From Eledone cirrhosa (Eukaryota), in contig OZ024743.1 of the NCBI GenBank assembly GCA_964016885.1, positions 84,134,001 through 84,198,000 of the forward strand: a DNA stretch of 64,000 nt, read 5' to 3'. Positions 57,602-64,000 of this stretch are shown one piece after another. The number at the start of each line of letters is the position of its first letter. Position 1 is the first letter of the stretch. The position numbers and the translations under genes were made by a program. The notes below the pieces were generated by a model, which saw only the letters and a list, made by a program, of their open reading frames with translations, was not told where the DNA came from and made no database searches.

Positions 57602-58704
57602 AACCAGTAAGACCCCGACAGCTGAGCTCAAGCCGTTTCGACGGCTAATTCTGGTTCCTATTACCCACTCTACTATACTACCTCAAGTATTGAGTACTTT
57701 GGTGCGTTATGGCCCACCTGGTTCCTTACCACATTTCCTTCGTTATATATATATATATATATATATAGATATACGTGTGTGTGTGTGTGTGTGAGTGTAT
57801 CTATGTATGTTTTTTTTATGTATTCAGTTGAAAATATTATAAATATGTTTTAAATATATACATAAATAACATGACAAATAACGTAAATTGCTCGCAATTC
57901 ATTCAGAATAATATTACAAATATAATGTTGATAAACACAAATATAAACACATAAAAGAGAAGGAAAAGGAAGAAAAAGAGGAGGGATACAAAAAAGACCA
58001 TCAATTCACTACCAAGTGCGACAATTGGCTACACATCACATTATAAGGGTTAACTAGACACGTTGAGGCAAGCCAATACACTTGCGGCATTGCCACAGGT
58101 GATGGTGAGGATAAGACACTGAAACACCAGGCACCCTCATAGGCATCACTTGAGACCTCAGTAAGGTGAGCCACCAACAATGACAAGAACTTAGCTGTAT
58201 ATGAATACATTTTGAATTTAAAGTTAGTAACTTCAATGAAAACTATTCTAAGTTAGAAAAAAATGTGGATAGCACTACCAATTGTTTATATATATACACT
58301 TCCTCCATCGTCCCACACCGTGCGAAATTCTTTCCTCTCTTACTTTTCGCACGGTTAAGATGTGTCTTTCGTCTTCTCGTCACATGTTCGCAAGTTCTTA
58401 TGTTCAAATAAATCATTGACTTGATTTTCTCATTTTTTCCTCTCTTTACATTGCCTCACCATTCGTCTTCTTTACCTGTCTCTCTTTCTTCACCCAATTC
58501 TTTTTATCCCAATAACTTATTTTAGTTGTTGTTCGCGCTAGCCTGAGGTATCTGGACTTTAATGCGAAGAAATACCTATGATGGCTAGTAGACTACTTAT
58601 GATGGATAGTCCTGGGTTCTATTCCTAATTCTTCATTTTAATTTGTATATCATATTTGCAACAACACAGCACACCATTTTTCATTTATATATATATCTAT
58701 ATAT

Positions 58705-61700
58705 ATCCAACATACCAGTGGCTATATAACCAACACACCAGTAGTTACATAACCATCACACCGATGGTTATATAACCAACATACCAGTGGTTGTATAACC
58801 AACATACTAATGGTTATATAACCAACATAACAGTGGTTATATAACCAACATACTAATGGTTATATAACCAACATACCAGTGGTTATATAACCAACATACT
58901 AATGGTTATATAACCAACATAACAGTGGTTATATAACCAACATACTAATGGTTATATAACCAACGTACCAGTGGTTATACAACCAACATACCAATCATTG
59001 TATAACCATCACGCCACTGATTGTATAACCAACACACCAATGGTTGTATAACCAACACACCAATGATAATATAACCAACACACCTATGGTAATATAACCA
59101 ACATACCAATGGTTGTATAACCATCACACCAGTGATTGTATAACCAACACACCAGTGGTTGTACAAACAAACACACCAGTGGTTGTATAACCAACATACC
59201 AATGGTTATATGACCAACATACCAGTGGTAATATAACCAACATATCAGTGGTTGTTATAACCAACACACGAGTGGTTATATAACCAACATACCAGTGGTT
59301 GTTATAACCAACACACAAGTGGTTATATAACCAACATAGTATTGGTTGTATAACCAACACACCAATGGTTGTATAACATTCACACCAATGGTTATATAAC
59401 CAACATACCAGTGGTTATATAACCAACATACCAGTGGTTATTATAACAAACACACCAGTGGTTATACAACCAACACACCAGTGGTAATATAACCAACACA
59501 CCAATTGTAATATAACCAACATTCCAATGGTTATATAACCAACACACCAGCGGTTATCTAACCAACATACCAATGGTTGTATAACCATCACACCAGTGAT
59601 TGTATAACCAACATACCAGTGGTTATATAACCAACATACCAGTGGTAATATAACCAACATACCAGTGGTTATGTAACCAACATACCAATGGTTATATAAC
59701 CAACATAGCAATTGTAATATAACCAACATACCAATGGTTGTATAACCAACATACCAGTGGTTATATAACCAACACACCAATGGTTATATAACCAACATAC
59801 CAGTGGTTGTATAACCAACATACCAGTGATTGTATAACCAACATACCAGTGGTTATATAACCAACATACCAGTGGTAATATAACCAACATACCAGTGGTT
59901 ATGTAACCAACATACCAATGGTTATATAACCAACATAGTAATTGTAATATAACCAACATACCAATGGTTGTATAACCAACATACCAGTGGTTATATAACC
60001 AACACACCAATGGTTATATAACCAACATACCAGTGGTTGTATAACCAACATACCAATGGTTGTATAACCAACATACCAGTGGTTATATAACCAACATACC
60101 AATGCTGATATAACCAACATACCAGTGGTTATATAACCAACACACCAGTGGTTGTATAACCAACGTACCAGTGGTTGTATTACCATCACACTAATGGTTA
60201 TATAACCGTCACCCCAATGGTTATATAACCAACACACCAGTGGTTATATAACCATCACATTAATGGTTATATAACCATCACCCCCAGTGGTTATATAACC
60301 AACACACCAGTGGTTGTATTACCATCACACCAATGGTTATATAACAAACATACCAGTGGTTGTATTACCATCACACCAATGGTTATATAACAATCACCCC
60401 AATGGTTATATAACCAACACACCAGTGGTTATATAACCATCACATTAATGGTTACATAACCATCACTCCAGTGGTTATATAACCAACACACCAGTTGTTG
60501 TATTACCATCACACCAATGGTTATATAACCATCACACCAGTGGTTATATAACCATCACACCAATCGTTATATAACCATCACATTAATGGTTATATAACCA
60601 ACACACCAGTGGTTGTATAACCAACACACCAGTGGTTGTATAACCAACACACCAGTGGTAAAATAACCAACACACCAGTGGTTGTATAACCAACATACCA
60701 GTGGTTGTATAACCAACGTACCAGTGGTTGTATAACCAACATATCAATGGTTGTATAACCAAGATATCAATGGTAATATAACCAACACACCAGTGGTAAT
60801 ATAACCAACACACCAGTGGTAATATAACCAACATACCAACGGTAATATAACCAACACACCAGTGGTTGTATAACCAACACACCAGTGGTTGTATTACCAT
60901 CACACCAATGGTTGTATAACCAACATACCGGTGGTAATATAACCAACACACCAATGGTAATATAACCAACACAGCAGTGGTAATATAACCAACACACCAG
61001 TGGTTGTATAACCAACACACCAGTGGTTGTATTACCATCACACCAATGGTTATATAACCAACATACCAGTGGTAATATAACCAACACACCACTGGTAATA
61101 TAACCAACACACCAGTGGTAATATAACCAACACACCAGTGGTAATATAACCAACACACCAGTGGTTGTATAACCAACACACCAGTGGTTGTATAACCAAC
61201 ACACCAGTGGTAATATAACCAACATACCAGTGGTAATATAACCAACACACCAGTGGTTGTATAACCAACACAGCAGTGGTAATATAACCAACACACCAGT
61301 GGTAATATAACCAACACACCAGTGGTTGTATAACCAACACACCAGTGGTAATATAACCAACACACCAGTGGTAATATAACCAACACACCAGTGGTAATAT
61401 AACCAACACACCAGTGGTAATATAACCAACACACCAGTGGTTGTATAACCAACACACCAGTGGTAATATAACCAACACACTAGTGGTAATATAACCAACA
61501 CACCAGTGGTTGTATAACCAACACACCAGTGGTTGTATAACCAACACACCAGTGGTAATATAACCAACACACCAGTGGTAATATAACCAACACACCAGTG
61601 GTAATATAACCAACACACCAGTGGTAATATAACCAACACACCAGTGGTTGTATAACCAACACACCAGTGGTAATATAACCAACATACCAGTGGTAATATA

Positions 61701-61737
61701 ACCAACACACCAGTGGTTGTATAACCAACACACCAAT
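58705..61737. repeat. 23-bp satellite array (CCAACACACCAGTGGTTATATAA), ~130 copies
   Basis: Tandem copies, with a 230-bp (10-mer) block duplication marked at 59671 and 59901. Confidence 0.97.
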
Positions 61738-62168
61738 GCTTATCACAAAAGCAATGTAACAGTCATATTCTTTACTTACTACAATGTGCACACATTCAAT
61801 GGCAAGAGACAGCGTTCCTTCTTGGGCTTCCGTTCATATTTCTTCTCTGACAAATGTAAATCCAACATTGGGAATCGGTCGTTAAGTAAGCCACAGAACA
61901 ACAACAACGAAAGGCCCAGACCCTTAACATTAAACATTACCACCGGGTCTTACTGGTGGATAAATATATATATATATTGCTTCTGGTTTCAAGGTAATAG
62001 GTGGTCATTGCGAAAGAGGTCTACCCCCTGTGATTTTGTGATTTGCGGTGGAGAGGCTTGTGTGGTGTGGGTGTAGGGGGAGTGAATGAGAGAACATAAA
62101 TCAAAAAATGATTAGCTACATTATGTACCTCAGCTACTCATTAACCTTAAATGGACAATACAGAAATC

Positions 62169-62238
<70 letters not shown>

Positions 62239-62257
62239 CATATATATATACATATAC

Positions 62258-62291
<34 letters not shown>

Positions 62292-62394
62292 GTATATATA
62301 TAATACATATACATATATATATACATATGTATATATATAATACATATACATATATATACATATGTATATATATAATACATATACATATATATAC

Positions 62395-62449
<55 letters not shown>

Positions 62450-62590
62450 TATGTATATATATATATTGACATATATATATATATATATATAATATATATA
62501 CATATATGTACATATATATATATATGTACATATATTGACATATATATATATATAATATATATATATGTACATATGTATATATATATATTG

Positions 62591-62643
<53 letters not shown>

Positions 62644-63032
62644 TACGTCAGGGAAAAAAAAAAAGAGCAAGGAAAAGTTAATCCAAATAGGTAACTGATA
62701 AGATTAATTGTACAATATAGTCACTCTTATAATATATATATATATATACATACATGTATATATATACCACACACAGACAAATGTATTAAGTATTGGAGCC
62801 ACAATGAAATGCACCCAGTACACTTTCTTAAGTGGTTGGTGTTAGGAAGGCCAACCACCAGCAGTAGAACACATGATAAATGAAAGGTAGGACATAAGAA
62901 CAAGATGTGGCCTTCCAATTCACCTAAGAAAGCTGTAATGCCCAGAAAGAACTGACTCAGGCTGTAGTAACTGGACCAATCCATGTCAACACTGAAAGCA
63001 GACGTAAGATAATTCTAAAATATATATATATA

Positions 63033-63373
63033 TCATCAGCATCATTTCATTTTACGTCTGCTTTTTTCCTGCTTGCAAGAGTGGGATGGGAACTGATTCT
63101 GGCTTGATTTCTACAGCTGGATGCCCTTCCTAACACCAACCTCATTTACAGTGAGTGGTGGGTGCTTTTTTGCCGTGGCACCTCCACGACCACTTTGCAG
63201 TGGAATGATATGGACCCCAGTCCCTATCATCTCATTTCTACAGCTGAGTAAACTGGAGCAATGTGAAATAAAGTGTCTTGCTCAAGGAAACAACACATCA
63301 CCCAGTCTGAGAATTGAACTTACAACCTTTCGATTGCAAGGCCAATGCTCTAACCACTAAGCCATGTGCCTCC
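63033..63373 (-). mobile_element. Full-length tRNA-CORE-Meta SINE with RTE-derived tail
   Basis: On -: A box TGGCTTAGTGG, B box GTTCAATTC, CORE CCTTGAGCAAGACACTT, GGTTGGTGTTAGGAAGGGCATCCAG, tail CATCCCACTCTTGCAAGCAGG..GACGTAAAATGA. Confidence 0.85.
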
Positions 63374-63391
63374 ATACATACATACATACAT

Positions 63392-63470
<79 letters not shown>

Positions 63471-63486
63471 TACATACATACATACA

Positions 63487-63550
<64 letters not shown>

Positions 63551-63639
63551 AAAGTTTTATTTAAGATTGTTGGGTTACAACGAGTAAATATTTTATAACT
63601 GATATAAAAGCACTCGACAGTTTCTGGAGTAGGTTTACA

Positions 63640-63783
63640 ATATTAAACAAATGGAAACTATATTTATAAAACCATATTTATTTCGTTATATATATTTCTG
63701 GGATATTTTTAATATGATATCCCAGAAATATATATAACGAAATAAATATGGTTTTATAAATACAGTTTCCATTTGTTTAATAT
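63640..63783. repeat. Near-perfect inverted repeat (67-bp arms, 10-nt loop)
   Basis: 63640-63706 is the reverse complement of 63717-63783 with one mismatch; it abuts (TA)n. Confidence 0.85.
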
Positions 63784-63784
63784 C

Positions 63785-63835
<51 letters not shown>

Positions 63836-63848
63836 CATACATATATAC

Positions 63849-63903
<55 letters not shown>

Positions 63904-63932
63904 CATATATATATACATACATACAAATATAC

Positions 63933-63980
<48 letters not shown>

Positions 63981-64000
63981 ATATATATATATATATATAC

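Noticed and set aside
57598-57660. Hairpin containing GAAAC on -
   Set aside because: No CTGANGA core in the required position, so it is not called a ribozyme.
58975-61791. Repetitive Cys/Trp/Tyr-rich ORFs
   Set aside because: Translation of the 23-bp satellite cycling through frames.
63290-63373. tRNA-like sequence on -
   Set aside because: It is a SINE head running into a CORE domain, without a complete acceptor stem.

Overview
Repeat-rich, AT-rich animal DNA, most likely an octopus (inferred from the Nin-, CORE- and Meta-domain SINEs, RTE LINEs and very dense (TA)n/(CA)n/(TATG)n tracts). I can support two convergent spliced genes: COX6C on + (coding exons 34328-34494 and 38260-38353, 86 aa, plus a probable 3'UTR exon) and a C8orf89-like gene on - (at least three phase-consistent coding exons, 42103-48258). 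The rest is satellite arrays (45-bp, 9-bp, 23-bp, 158-bp higher-order and several minisatellites) and mobile elements: RTE, Tx1, R4/Dong, CR1 and CRE LINE fragments, Penelope-like remnants, a deleted DD37D (maT) transposon, a non-autonomous LTR element and SINEs. The long ORFs in the track over the satellites are repeat artefacts. Most notable: (1) a retrozyme-like unit with two near-identical hammerhead ribozymes 558 nt apart, inside a cluster of other hammerhead-bearing fold-back elements and an HDV-like ribozyme; (2) satellite arrays that appear to have been amplified from the tRNA head of a SINE; (3) RTE reverse transcriptases with a PHD finger inserted inside the RT domain. All assignments were made by eye, with no database search or folding run; repeat boundaries are approximate.
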